Source: Planctomycetota bacterium (GTDB lineage Bacteria; Planctomycetota; Planctomycetia; Pirellulales; Pirellulaceae). Taken from it: DNA of 64,000 nucleotides. The stretch is taken from contig JAPLNI010000023.1 of the NCBI GenBank assembly GCA_026692865.1, positions 7,552-71,551 on the forward strand, read 5' to 3'. The translations under genes and the position numbers were made by a program. Numbering within the stretch: position 1 is the first letter of the stretch; every line of letters starts with the position of its first letter. Of this stretch, positions 29,761-39,008 are shown piece by piece. The notes under the pieces are model-generated. The model did not search any database, was not told where the DNA came from, and was given only the letters and a program-made list of their open reading frames with translations.

Positions 29761-29829
29761 TAGCTCAGTGGATAGAGCATCAGGCTCATAACCTGACGGT
29801 CACGGGTTCGACTCCCGTCTGACGCACCC
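29761..29829 (+). tRNA. tRNA-Met (anticodon CAT; Ile2/fMet not excluded) lacking a base-paired 5' acceptor strand (partial gene)
   Basis: D-arm TA-GCTC-AGTGGATA-GAGC. Anticodon arm TCAGG-CTCATAA-CCTGA. Variable CGGTC. T-arm ACGGG-TTCGACT-CCCGT. 3' acceptor CTGACGC-A-CCC. The 7 nt upstream (attgaag) cannot pair with ctgacgc; the required gcgtcag is absent. Confidence 0.6.
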
Positions 29830-30218
29830 CCTTGAACAGGGAAACTGTTGGCTAAAAACCAACTCCAGGCGCGAAAGCGTCCACCAAGAGCTGGCGGGCA
29901 ACGGTTGTTTGATTTGATCAGCCTTTTTTGGCGAGAGAAGCACGACAAGAATTCGAACGCTCTAACGAGCGAACGAAGTCTGACTCGGACGACTCGACGC
30001 CAATCGGGCAGCAGACTAACGAGCTTTGTAGTTGAACTGCAGGCTGTTGAAACGTGTGATCGATACGAGGGATCGAGGTGATCCATACCAAGCGGTTGGG
30101 TTGCATCGAGAAATCAGTAGACATCCCATGGCTCAGCAGCCAAGGTACTTCTCCGCATCGTAGGTTTGTGATCAGCGAACAGCTTGTTGCCCAAAAGCGT
30201 TTCTCTAGCTATGTCGTT

Positions 30219-31265
30219 CTATCTGACGGCTGCGTTAACGGGGCCGATGTAATCCCGCGCCACGACGACATCATCGAACCATACGCGATTGACATGTCCC
30301 GACGTACCCTTGGTAATGTAGGTGTAAAGCCACACATAATTGATATTGAGATTCTTATCCGTTCGAAAACGAAAGCCTTCAAAGGGATCGCCACCAGGAG
30401 CCGTGTTGAAGTACTCGCGAGCACCCCTCTCACGATTCCATTTCACCCCTTCACCACCGACGCCGGGTTTGAATTTGTCGAACTCCCACTTGCCGGCAGG
30501 GAATCCAGGGCCCAGATGGCTAACCTTGACTCCGTCGATCCAAAGAGCAAGCTCGCCATTCGATTGGCCGACGTCATTCATTTGCACCATTACCTCGATA
30601 CAAGTCCACTCACTAAGTCGGACCAACAGCTTTGGGTCGTGGATGAAGGAATTACCCCAAGTCTGCCCGCGAGGAGGACTACCACGCATCTCACACCAAT
30701 ACGTGTAGTAGTCCCATCGCCAAGCGTCACCGAAGGGCTCAATTCCTAACCAGAACGATTTAGCACCATCCGTCGGCTGGCCGGCCTTTACCGATGGCCA
30801 GCGAGTTGAAGGAAAGTTACCGCCAACGCAAGTACCAAAGTGGTGGATTGGCTCGCAATCTTCAGCGATGCGAACATACATTCGTGTATAAAGTCGATCC
30901 GCACCTTCGAGCACTCGATAAAGATCTCCACCGGTCCCTTTCTCAGCCACCTGTGACATCAGCAATGACTGGCGTCCCGAGCTGCCCGGAGGAACTTCTT
31001 TCGTCAGCGACATAATGTCTTTGTCGCGAACAGTGTCCCATCGTGAAGCGATGTCGTCGAAGTTGTCTTCAAAGTTCTCCGCGAACACAACACGCGGATC
31101 GGATGCGATACCTCGATCACCTGGGTATTTTGAAGCGATCCCTGCATCGCTTTGCTGAGCAATGGCCGTTAATGGAACTAGTTGCAATACGAGCAATAGG
31201 CACATCACGAAAGCTTCTCCAGCCATTTGTGAACATCGACCAAAGGGAGGCTTCAGGTACTTCAT
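30219..31265 (-). CDS. secreted protein, possible concanavalin-like / polysaccharide-lyase-like fold
   Basis: 348 aa, signal peptide (VMCLLLVLQLVPLTAIAQQ). W/Y/G-rich beta-sandwich-like composition. The function guess is weak. Confidence 0.7.
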   Translation of the reverse strand: MKYLKPPFGRCSQMAGEAFVMCLLLVLQLVPLTAIAQQSDAGIASKYPGDRGIASDPRVVFAENFEDNFDDIASRWDTVRDKDIMSLTKEVPPGSSGRQSLLMSQVAEKGTGGDLYRVLEGADRLYTRMYVRIAEDCEPIHHFGTCVGGNFPSTRWPSVKAGQPTDGAKSFWLGIEPFGDAWRWDYYTYWCEMRGSPPRGQTWGNSFIHDPKLLVRLSEWTCIEVMVQMNDVGQSNGELALWIDGVKVSHLGPGFPAGKWEFDKFKPGVGGEGVKWNRERGAREYFNTAPGGDPFEGFRFRTDKNLNINYVWLYTYITKGTSGHVNRVWFDDVVVARDYIGPVNAAVR

Positions 31266-31441
31266 TTCAAGTCACTCTTGGTAAAGGCTATTTTGTTTTC
31301 GCCAGTATACATACTGATACGCTTCGATGATTCGTACTTTACCAACAATTTAAGCGAACATGCATGGTGTTAACCCAGTCCTGCTACTCAATCGAATTTG
31401 AACCAGCTCATTTGTTGCCATCACGAAAGGAGGCGAGCCCA

Positions 31442-32560
31442 ATGTTAGTCAAGAAGATAATGGTCCGTAGCTACGAGGTCGGCTTGAAGTTCCGCGATGG
31501 CGAGTTCAAGGGATTGCTCAGCACTGGAAAGCACTGGATCGTTGACCCATGGAACAAGATCCGTGTTCGAGTTGCATCCATGCGCGATCCTTGGTTGGTC
31601 GATGAGCAGCTTGATGTGATCGTCAAGTCTGGGGTACTCAAGGGCCGAGCAGAAGTCGTCGACTTGAAAGACTACCAGCGAGCCCTCGTGTGGATCGATG
31701 GTCGGTTTGCTCGCATCCTTGGTCCGGGTTTAAATGCCTACTGGCTTGGAGCACGCGATGTGCGAATCGAAGTGATCGACGCTCGGAAGGCTCGCTTTGA
31801 GCATGACGAGCTGAAGTCCATCGTACGCGTCAACGAGGCTACTCGGTGGCTCGACGTTTGCAAAGTAGAACGCGATTGCGTTGGCGTCCTGTTCGTTGAC
31901 GGTCGATATGTTAATCAGCTCGATCCAGGTTTGTACGCATTCTGGAAGGATGCGGCAGATGCTCGCGTGGTCGAGTTGGATATGCGAGAAGCACAAATCG
32001 ACGTCAGCGGTCAAGAAATCATGACGCTCGACAAGGTGACTCTGCGTATGAACGCGCTGGTGACCTACGTGATCAAGGACGCTCGACGAGCTGTTTCGGC
32101 AGCAAGTGACGTTCGCCAATCTCTGTACCGCGAGGTGCAGTTGGCTTTGCGAGCGGTGATCGGTGGTCGAGAGCTCGATAGCTTTTTGACGGGTAAGGAT
32201 GATGTAGCTCAAGAACTTGAACAACAAGTCCGCGAGCAGGCAACAGTATTAGGTTTGGAAGTGCGCTCGGTCGGTATCAAGGACGTGATCCTGCCAGGCG
32301 ATATGAAGGATCTAATGAACCGAGTAACCGAAGCCAAGAAGGCTGCGGAAGCTAATTTGATCGCCCGACGCGAGGAAACGGCGGCCATGCGAAGCCAAGC
32401 CAACACGGCAGAGCTCTTGGCCGATAACCCAACCTTGATGCGACTTCGTGAACTCGAAGTACTCGAGAAGATTGCTACGGCAGGCAAGATGAACATCGTG
32501 CTTGGCCCGAGAAAGTCCGACAGCGAAGGCCTAGCCGACAGAGTCGTGAACCTGCTTTAG
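31442..32560 (+). CDS. SPFH/band-7 (stomatin/prohibitin-like) domain protein with N-terminal triplicated motif
   Basis: C-terminal SPFH block (KVTLRMNALVTYVIKD...LGLEVRSVGIKDVILPGDM...AEANLIARREE...). The N-terminal ~230 aa contain three copies of a DG(E/R)(F/Y)...G..Y/W...RV motif. Confidence 0.85.
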   Translation: MLVKKIMVRSYEVGLKFRDGEFKGLLSTGKHWIVDPWNKIRVRVASMRDPWLVDEQLDVIVKSGVLKGRAEVVDLKDYQRALVWIDGRFARILGPGLNAYWLGARDVRIEVIDARKARFEHDELKSIVRVNEATRWLDVCKVERDCVGVLFVDGRYVNQLDPGLYAFWKDAADARVVELDMREAQIDVSGQEIMTLDKVTLRMNALVTYVIKDARRAVSAASDVRQSLYREVQLALRAVIGGRELDSFLTGKDDVAQELEQQVREQATVLGLEVRSVGIKDVILPGDMKDLMNRVTEAKKAAEANLIARREETAAMRSQANTAELLADNPTLMRLRELEVLEKIATAGKMNIVLGPRKSDSEGLADRVVNLL

Positions 32561-32976
32561 AAACATCGCCCTTGTAGTGAATGCTACAGGGGCGATTTTT
32601 TGCAGTGAACCTTTCTGCGCCGGTTTACTCCTAATAACGCAAAGCTCCTAGCTAACAGGCCGATGTGGCTCGAATGAGAAAGGCGTCCGCCTTGTAAGCG
32701 GATCCATGCTGGTGCGAATCCAGTCGTCGGCTCTGGCAAATGAATTGCCTGTTTGGATGACATAGTCGATCCGTGAGTTTGAAACATGACTACTGATTCC
32801 AATCGTAGGTCATGAATGAATCTCGACAATTCTCGATTTGCAGACAAAGGCGTCAGGGTTATGCCGTCAGGATTTCCCCTTCCTCCAAGTCAATTTCAAT
32901 AAACCTTGGAAATGACATATGAGCCCAACGTAGCGTACAGAATTTTTGTTCCGTTTAGACTAGAATCTGGTCTCGG

Positions 32977-34370
32977 TTGCCACCTAACAAGCTCTCCACG
33001 CCTTCAAGATCCTTTATGCGCCAACCTTTACCTCCTCTCGAGAGAGCCCTGAAGAAGGCTTACTTGCGACTGCTTCCCGTTTTGATGATTTGCTACGTGA
33101 TTGCGTATGTCGATAGAAACAACGTTGCAATTGCTAAGTTGACTATGTCGAAAGACTTGCCAGCGTTTGACAACGCTGTCATCGGATTTGGAGCGGGGAT
33201 TTTCTTTCTGGATATTTTTTGTTAGAAATTCCGGGCTCACTGATCGTTGAACGATGGAGCGCGAACAAATGGATTTGTCGCATCATGGTGACTTGGGGGA
33301 TACTCGCTGCTGCGACCGCGTTCGTTACGACTCCAATGCAGTTCTATATCGTACGGTTTTTCTTGGGACTCGCTGAGGCTGGTTTTTTCCCCGGTGTTAT
33401 CGTCTATCTGACTCACTGGTTTCCAAAGAAAGACCGCGCACGCGCGCTGGCTCTTTTCCTCGTAGCATCTCCAATCGCAATGATCATCGGACCGATTGTT
33501 TCGCGTGCGATGATCAATATTGGGACTACTCAAATCGTCGATGGTATCGAAATCGTATACCCAGCGATCCTGGGACTCCATGGTTGGCAATGGATTTACA
33601 TTTTATGGGGGCTGCCAGCGGTAATCATTGGAATCTTGGTGCTGTTTATACTTCCCGATCATCCCAAGTATGCGAATTGGTTAACTAACGATGAAAAAGA
33701 ATCGTTAGAGGACGTACTCAGAACTGAAAAGGAGCAGCAGCAAAAAAAGCATCATATGACCGTTGGAGCAGCCTTACGCAATCCAAAAGTTTTGCTTCTC
33801 GCGTTAGCCTATTTTGGCATCGTTACAGCAAACTACGGAATCGAAATTTTCTTACCAACCATCATTGAGAAATGGTACGACTTGCGAATCGATCAGATTG
33901 CTTTACTAGTTGTACTGCCATCGATTTTGGTGATCGTGGGGCAGCTAAGCGTTGGCTGGAGTTCCGACCGATTTAAGGAGCGTCGCTGGCATGCGTCTAT
34001 TCCGGTCGTCATCGGAGCAATTGCACTTATCCTGTCACCACTAACGCAAGGCAACCTAACGTTAACAGTGATTTGTTTTATGGTCGCTGCTACAGGGATG
34101 AAATCGTACATGCCCGCTTTCTGGGCCTTGCCCAGCATGTTTCTAACTTCAGCTGCTGCAGCGGGAAGTGTTGGATTAATTAACTCGGTCGGTAACCTGG
34201 GAGGATTCCTAGGTCCGTATGTTTTGGGGAGCATCGAGAAAGCCACAGGATCGTTTCAATGGGGCCTGTACTTTATCGCGGCAACGAGCATTATTTCTGC
34301 GGTTATCATTGCTTCGATGAAGTTTCAAACGAGTGAAGAAGCGAATCTGAAAGTTGATGAACGTCCTTAG
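32977..34370 (+). pseudogene. MFS transporter (anion:cation symporter family) interrupted by a -1 frameshift in a T6 run at 33215..33220 (authentic or sequencing error)
   Basis: ORF 32977..33225 (…YVDRNNVAIAKLTMSKDLPAFDNAVIGFGAGIFFLDIFC*) and ORF 33219..34370 (LEIPGSLIVERWSANKWI…GLAEAGFFPGVIVYLTHWFPKKDRARA…) are collinear with one MFS gene. A seventh T would restore …GIFFLDIFLLEIPGSLIVERW…. Confidence 0.7.
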
Positions 34371-34523
34371 GTGTCTCTTCGAAAGACATCGTCGCGTCTC
34401 TCCGAGACGTGACTCCCCGGCGTCTCGAAGAGATGCAGCTAGGTGAAAGACAGTTTGAAAATCAAGCCTAGTTTTACCAACCAATCGACTGCAAGAAACA
34501 TAGATCCGTAGTAAGCTTAGCAA

Positions 34524-35060
34524 ATGGTCGATGTCAACGCGGAATATGATCCCTATGCGCTCCCACCCGAGGCGATCCTCGAACCGCCTAAGTCGCTTTG
34601 GCAAGCCCTTCGAAAAATAGGGCCTGGAATTATCTTGGCCGGTACGATCGTTGGGTCGGGTGAGTTAATTTTAACGACCGCGATCGGAGCGAAGCATGGG
34701 TTCACGTTTCTCTGGCTGGTCTTGTTTAGTTGCGTCATCAAGGTTTTTGTACAAGTTGAATTGGGACGCTATGTGATCTCTACTGGAAAGCCAACGTTGG
34801 GAGCATTGCAGCAAATCTCATCTTACCGAGCGATTGGTAACTTCTTGCTCGTCTGGTGGTTCCTCATGATGATCTGCACTGCAGCTTGTCACGACATTCT
34901 GGACAAAAGTGCGCGAGTACTCGCCACATTCCTTAGCCTAGAGGCAAGGGAAGTGGCTTTGCGGGTTTGGAAAATAACGAATGCGGTTGTAATTTCGTCT
35001 GATTCAAGTGGATTCTGGCTGCAGGTACAGAGCTTTAGCGAGACGCATGCTGAGGTTTGA
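34524..35060 (+). pseudogene. N-terminal fragment (~115 aa) of an NRAMP-superfamily transporter, truncated
   Basis: IGPGIILAGTIVGSGELILTTAIGAKHGFTFLWLVLFSCVIKVF...TGKPTLGALQQI...LLVWWFLMMIC parallels TM1-TM3 of the intact NRAMP at 10833..12278 (LGPGMLAGLSDDDPAGITTYSLLGTDHGYRLLWII...). Homology is lost after ~34880 and no continuation in other frames. GSGE replaces the DPGN metal-site motif. Confidence 0.45.
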
Positions 35061-35375
35061 GTTTAGAACATTCGATTCACGCACTTCGGGAAGGCGAGTC
35101 TTCGCACGCCTGGCATGACTGGCGAGCGGCGAGAAGTGCCGTTGTTTTGGCCGAATCCAAACCGCTTGACTCTTCGAAGCATGGCTACCACAATATCTGA
35201 CTTGTAAGCACATGATGAGATGTAGAACGCTCAAGATTAGCGAATTTCCGATGTGCGACAGCAAGGCGACCGCGAATGCCGACCCCTGCCAGCGCTCACG
35301 GTTTGCGATTGCTTTCTTGCCGCCAAACGAGTTTTTCGTTGCCGCCTTATTGTCATTTGTAAGAAAGTACTTGTC

Positions 35376-35969
35376 ATGACGGTTGAAAACCAAACTCCGA
35401 CGCACGAGACAATCGTAAATGAAGACAACGATCCTGGCGAAAATGCGACTCACAAGCAGCCGCATCACTTAATTGCTAGGCGGGGCGATGTTGGCAAATG
35501 CCCTATCTGTGGTTCGTCCGTCGACCCAGATGCGTACCATTGCGCGACGTGCCGGAACTATTATTGTTTTCATTGCCGCGCACGTCTCCTCCCTTCCGAT
35601 GCACAATTAGAGTGCGTGAACCAAGATTGCGGATACTACGGCAAATTGGTCTGTGGGATATGCGATGGCGTGCACGATAAGAAAGAGCCTCCATTGGTAT
35701 ACGCCGAACCTGTTGACGGCTATTGGCCATTGTGGTTGGTCATCGCACTTGTTGTTGGCTTGATCGATTGGTACTTCACCGTTTGGTGGTTTGGATTCTT
35801 CATCGCAATTGCGGTCTTCGTCGCCGGGGGCTTTTGGTTACAGAAAAAGGGATACAATATCTTTGGGACGGAAGCAATTGTTTCGCATGAGAGATCATCT
35901 TCCTATCGAACATGTATTTGCTGCCAACAACCTACGAAGGAAATCAAACCAGAGGCCTCGGCAAAATAA
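35376..35969 (+). CDS. double zinc-ribbon membrane protein (4 CxxC pairs, 2 TM helices, C-terminal CICC)
   Basis: CPICG...CATC, CFHC...C, CVNQDC...CGIC, then WPLWLVIALVVGLIDWYFTVWWFGFFIAIAVFVAGGFWL. Stop TAA overlaps the next ATG (TAATG). Confidence 0.6.
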   Translation: MTVENQTPTHETIVNEDNDPGENATHKQPHHLIARRGDVGKCPICGSSVDPDAYHCATCRNYYCFHCRARLLPSDAQLECVNQDCGYYGKLVCGICDGVHDKKEPPLVYAEPVDGYWPLWLVIALVVGLIDWYFTVWWFGFFIAIAVFVAGGFWLQKKGYNIFGTEAIVSHERSSSYRTCICCQQPTKEIKPEASAK

Positions 35970-36658
35970 TGGCAAAATTCGAACTTGGCGAAAAGGAGGG
36001 CATGCGATGGATCGACGTCCATCTCCAACATGAAATGGTGCGAGTTGAGTCGGGGGCGTTGAGCTATCTGGTCGGTGACATTGCGATCCATTCGAAACTT
36101 GTGCCGTCTTTCGGCGGGATGATTCGTTCTCTGATGGCCGACGAATCGGTTTACCGACCAACCTACACCGGCACGGGTATCATCACGCTTGAGTCTTCCC
36201 TGGGGGGATTTCACGTTTTCCGGCTGCGCGGCGAGTCGTGGATTTTAGAGCGTGGCACTTATTGGGCGTCCGAAGGGGCGATCGAGGTGAAATTTCATCG
36301 CGAGCGGACGATGACCAGTCTATGGGCGGGCGAAGGATTGGTCTATTTACAAACGAAGGTAAGCGGTTGTGGTCAGCTCGTCCTGACTACACGCGGCCCC
36401 GTCGAAGAGCTTACTCTTCAGCCCGGCCAGGAATTCGTCGCAGAAGGCAACTACGTGGTCTGTCGAACCGCCGAAGTGGGTTTCTGCATTCGTAGGCCGA
36501 CCAAAAACTTTCTCGGACGATTTACCTCAGGCGAGGGATTCGTCCGCGTCTTCAAAGGGCCAGGAAGATTGTTGATCACTCCAACTCCTTACTGGCGTTA
36601 CTATATGATGCAGATGCGATCACAGAACCCAGATATTCCTTCTCGGGCCACGACTTAA
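35969..36658 (+). CDS. AIM24 (DUF124/TIGR00266) family protein
   Basis: MAKFELGEKEGMRWIDVHLQHEMVRVESGALSYLVGDIAIHS...GEGLVYLQTKVSGCGQLVLTTRGPVEELTLQPGQEFVAEGNYVV... matches the AIM24 pattern and length (~230 aa). Confidence 0.75.
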   Translation: MAKFELGEKEGMRWIDVHLQHEMVRVESGALSYLVGDIAIHSKLVPSFGGMIRSLMADESVYRPTYTGTGIITLESSLGGFHVFRLRGESWILERGTYWASEGAIEVKFHRERTMTSLWAGEGLVYLQTKVSGCGQLVLTTRGPVEELTLQPGQEFVAEGNYVVCRTAEVGFCIRRPTKNFLGRFTSGEGFVRVFKGPGRLLITPTPYWRYYMMQMRSQNPDIPSRATT

Positions 36659-36659
36659 A

Positions 36660-36866
36660 ATGCACTACGTCACTACGGCACTTCTGATCATTTTGTCACT
36701 CGTCGTCCTAGCCTTTGCTGTTCAAAATCGTGAACCGGTTGATGTTGCATTCTTAATTTGGTCGATAAGTCTCCGCAAGATCTTTTTGATCCTCGGGACT
36801 TACGTATTGGGGATGTTATCCGGCTGGGGCCTCGTTGAAATCGCCAAGCGACTTCTTGAAAAATGA
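36660..36866 (+). CDS. LapA-like (DUF1049) small membrane protein
   Basis: 68 aa, two TM helices. ALLIILSLVVLAFAVQNREPVDVAFLIWSISLRKIFLILGTYVLGMLSGWGL matches the LapA/YciS-type pattern. ATG is 1 nt after the AIM24 stop. Confidence 0.55.
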   Translation: MHYVTTALLIILSLVVLAFAVQNREPVDVAFLIWSISLRKIFLILGTYVLGMLSGWGLVEIAKRLLEK

Positions 36867-36916
36867 TGCATTCCATAATTGCTGTTTAGGCTAGCTTCAG
36901 CCCGTCGCCCTAGGAG

Positions 36917-38275
36917 TTATGTCTCGACCGGCGCGCCCTTGGTGATCCCATCGCGGGTCCAGTCGCACTTCCAACCGGGGAAGGCGATTTGAGGGTACGG
37001 GTCGGGGGCGATCCAGTCTGCGGACTCGTGTACGATCTCGAATTGTCGATCTTCGCGTATCCTGCCTAATCGAAAACGCTTAAACATATGCTGCGTTTTC
37101 GGATCCATTTTGACCTTGCCGCTCGGAGCTTCGAAATCGGTAATGCTTCCTAGCGCCTTGCGAACCTTGCTAACATCAAAGCTGCCAGCTTTCTCAGCGG
37201 CCAGCTTCCACAGATAGACCTGGGTATAAGCGGCCTCGATCGGATCATCGGTCACACGATCCCTTCCAAACTCTCTCTTCCAAAGCTCGACGAATCGCTT
37301 GTTCTGGGGATTATCCAGACTCTGGAAATAGGTCCAGGCCGAATAGTGCCCTTGAACCTGAGACGGGAGGAGACTCCGAAGTTCGTCCTCACCGACGCTG
37401 GTCGCTAAGACCGGAATTTGATCGGCTGTGATCCCCTGGGCCGCTAATGCACTGTAGAAACCGACGTTGCTGTCGCCGGTAATCGTGCTGAAAATGATGT
37501 CCGCATCCGACCTCTGGATGGCCTGGACCGTATCTTTGAAGTCTTGTTGACCTAACTTGGCATGCTTCTCGCCGACCACGGAAGCGCCGAGTGACTCCAA
37601 GTACTTCTTGATGATGAAGTGCGCTGTTCTTGAGTAGAGGTAGTCCGTATCTGAGCCGACTAGATAAAAACGCTTATGTGCTCCGCCGGTCCCGCTGGTA
37701 AACCAGTCGAGGGCTGGGAAGATTTGTTGGTTCGGCGTCGCTCCCGTGTAGATGATGTTTTTCGAAGATTCGTTTCCTTCGTACTGCACCGGGTAAAAAA
37801 GCAAACCGTTCAACTTTTCGAACAACGGCAGGACAGCCTTGCGACTCGCTGAAGTCCAGCAACCGAAGACCGCGACGACCTTGTCTTCGGAAAGCAGTTT
37901 ACGAGCTTTCCTGGGAAACTCGTCTACGAACCGCGAGCGTCCATCTTCCACAACGGCCTCGATCGGATAACCTAAAACACCTCCCGCCGCATTAATTTCC
38001 TCGATCGCTATCAGCCCTGCATCACGCAGCGACGTTTCACTAATCGCCATCGCCCCGGTCTGCGAGTGGAGCAAACCGACCTTCACCGCGGTTTGACCAA
38101 CGGGGATTAGTCGTTCACAACCTGGCAGTGAGGCCAAGGCTAAGGCCTTTGCACTCTGTTTCAACCAGTCGCGACGCGTTCGTCTACCGTTTTGAATTTT
38201 CTTCAACGTCTTGTTCCTAGTAGGAATCGTCCAACATGAATTTATAAACGAGTTCAAAGGCCGCAGGCGACACAC
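36917..38275 (-). CDS. ABC-transporter-type periplasmic substrate-binding protein, UrtA/AmiC (Peripla_BP_6) family
   Basis: Tat-like signal RRTRRDWLKQSAKALALASL. Core TGAMAISETSLRDAGLIAIEEINAAGGVLGYPIEAVVEDGRS...VVAVFGCWTSASRKAVLP typical of urea/amide-binding proteins. True start probably downstream of 38275. Confidence 0.8.
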   Translation of the reverse strand: MCRLRPLNSFINSCWTIPTRNKTLKKIQNGRRTRRDWLKQSAKALALASLPGCERLIPVGQTAVKVGLLHSQTGAMAISETSLRDAGLIAIEEINAAGGVLGYPIEAVVEDGRSRFVDEFPRKARKLLSEDKVVAVFGCWTSASRKAVLPLFEKLNGLLFYPVQYEGNESSKNIIYTGATPNQQIFPALDWFTSGTGGAHKRFYLVGSDTDYLYSRTAHFIIKKYLESLGASVVGEKHAKLGQQDFKDTVQAIQRSDADIIFSTITGDSNVGFYSALAAQGITADQIPVLATSVGEDELRSLLPSQVQGHYSAWTYFQSLDNPQNKRFVELWKREFGRDRVTDDPIEAAYTQVYLWKLAAEKAGSFDVSKVRKALGSITDFEAPSGKVKMDPKTQHMFKRFRLGRIREDRQFEIVHESADWIAPDPYPQIAFPGWKCDWTRDGITKGAPVET

Positions 38276-39008
38276 TCACCTCACCACGCAAGGGATTGTC
38301 CATCGCCGCAATGAGAAACATCATCGTACCTAGAAAAAGCGAAAGTAGCCCTCCAAGCGTGAATTGGGTCATGAGCCGCATATCGAACATCCAAACAATC
38401 ACTAAATTGATAAACGCCCCCACAATTACGACATACCACATGACAGGCGGGATGCATGTGGTAACGGCTTGAAGTCGCATCCGCCTGCATTCAAAGAAGT
38501 TATTGAATTGACGGAGAGTCTCGGCATGAATGATTTCTTCCCGACTGGTCTGCGGCTCAAAGGACAGCAGCTTCTCATGGAACGCAGTGACCCTAACTCT
38601 CCCACCCTCCGGTATAATTCCCTTTCGCTGTAGAGGCCAAGCGTACTTGATGACATATCGGCAGTAATCACGGAGCACCCAGCGGAGGTTTTGACCGAGT
38701 GGTTCCGGATAGGCTTTGGAATCCTGATTCAGTGCCGACAAAGCGATGGCCTCTCTCGCCACGGCTTCTTCGACACTCGTATAGTTTTGATGAGCGGCAA
38801 TTGCGATCAAACCGAGCAATAGACCGTAGAAAACTCCAAAGCTTGAAAGAATGTAACCGACAACGTCGTTGCTACCAGACGTCGATCGCACTAAACGACG
38901 CAGGATGGGACTTAAAAAAATGGCCCCAAACCAATAGATGAGGACAAACCCACCCGAGATCATGACGGCCAATTGCCAGTTCGGAATATCGTAGATCCAG
39001 TAAAACAT
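38217..39008 (-). CDS. membrane protein with N- and C-terminal TM pairs (DUF4239-like)
   Basis: 263 aa. Hydrophobic helices at both ends, soluble middle. The family call rests on architecture only. Confidence 0.5.
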   Translation of the reverse strand: MFYWIYDIPNWQLAVMISGGFVLIYWFGAIFLSPILRRLVRSTSGSNDVVGYILSSFGVFYGLLLGLIAIAAHQNYTSVEEAVAREAIALSALNQDSKAYPEPLGQNLRWVLRDYCRYVIKYAWPLQRKGIIPEGGRVRVTAFHEKLLSFEPQTSREEIIHAETLRQFNNFFECRRMRLQAVTTCIPPVMWYVVIVGAFINLVIVWMFDMRLMTQFTLGGLLSLFLGTMMFLIAAMDNPLRGEVSVSPAAFELVYKFMLDDSY

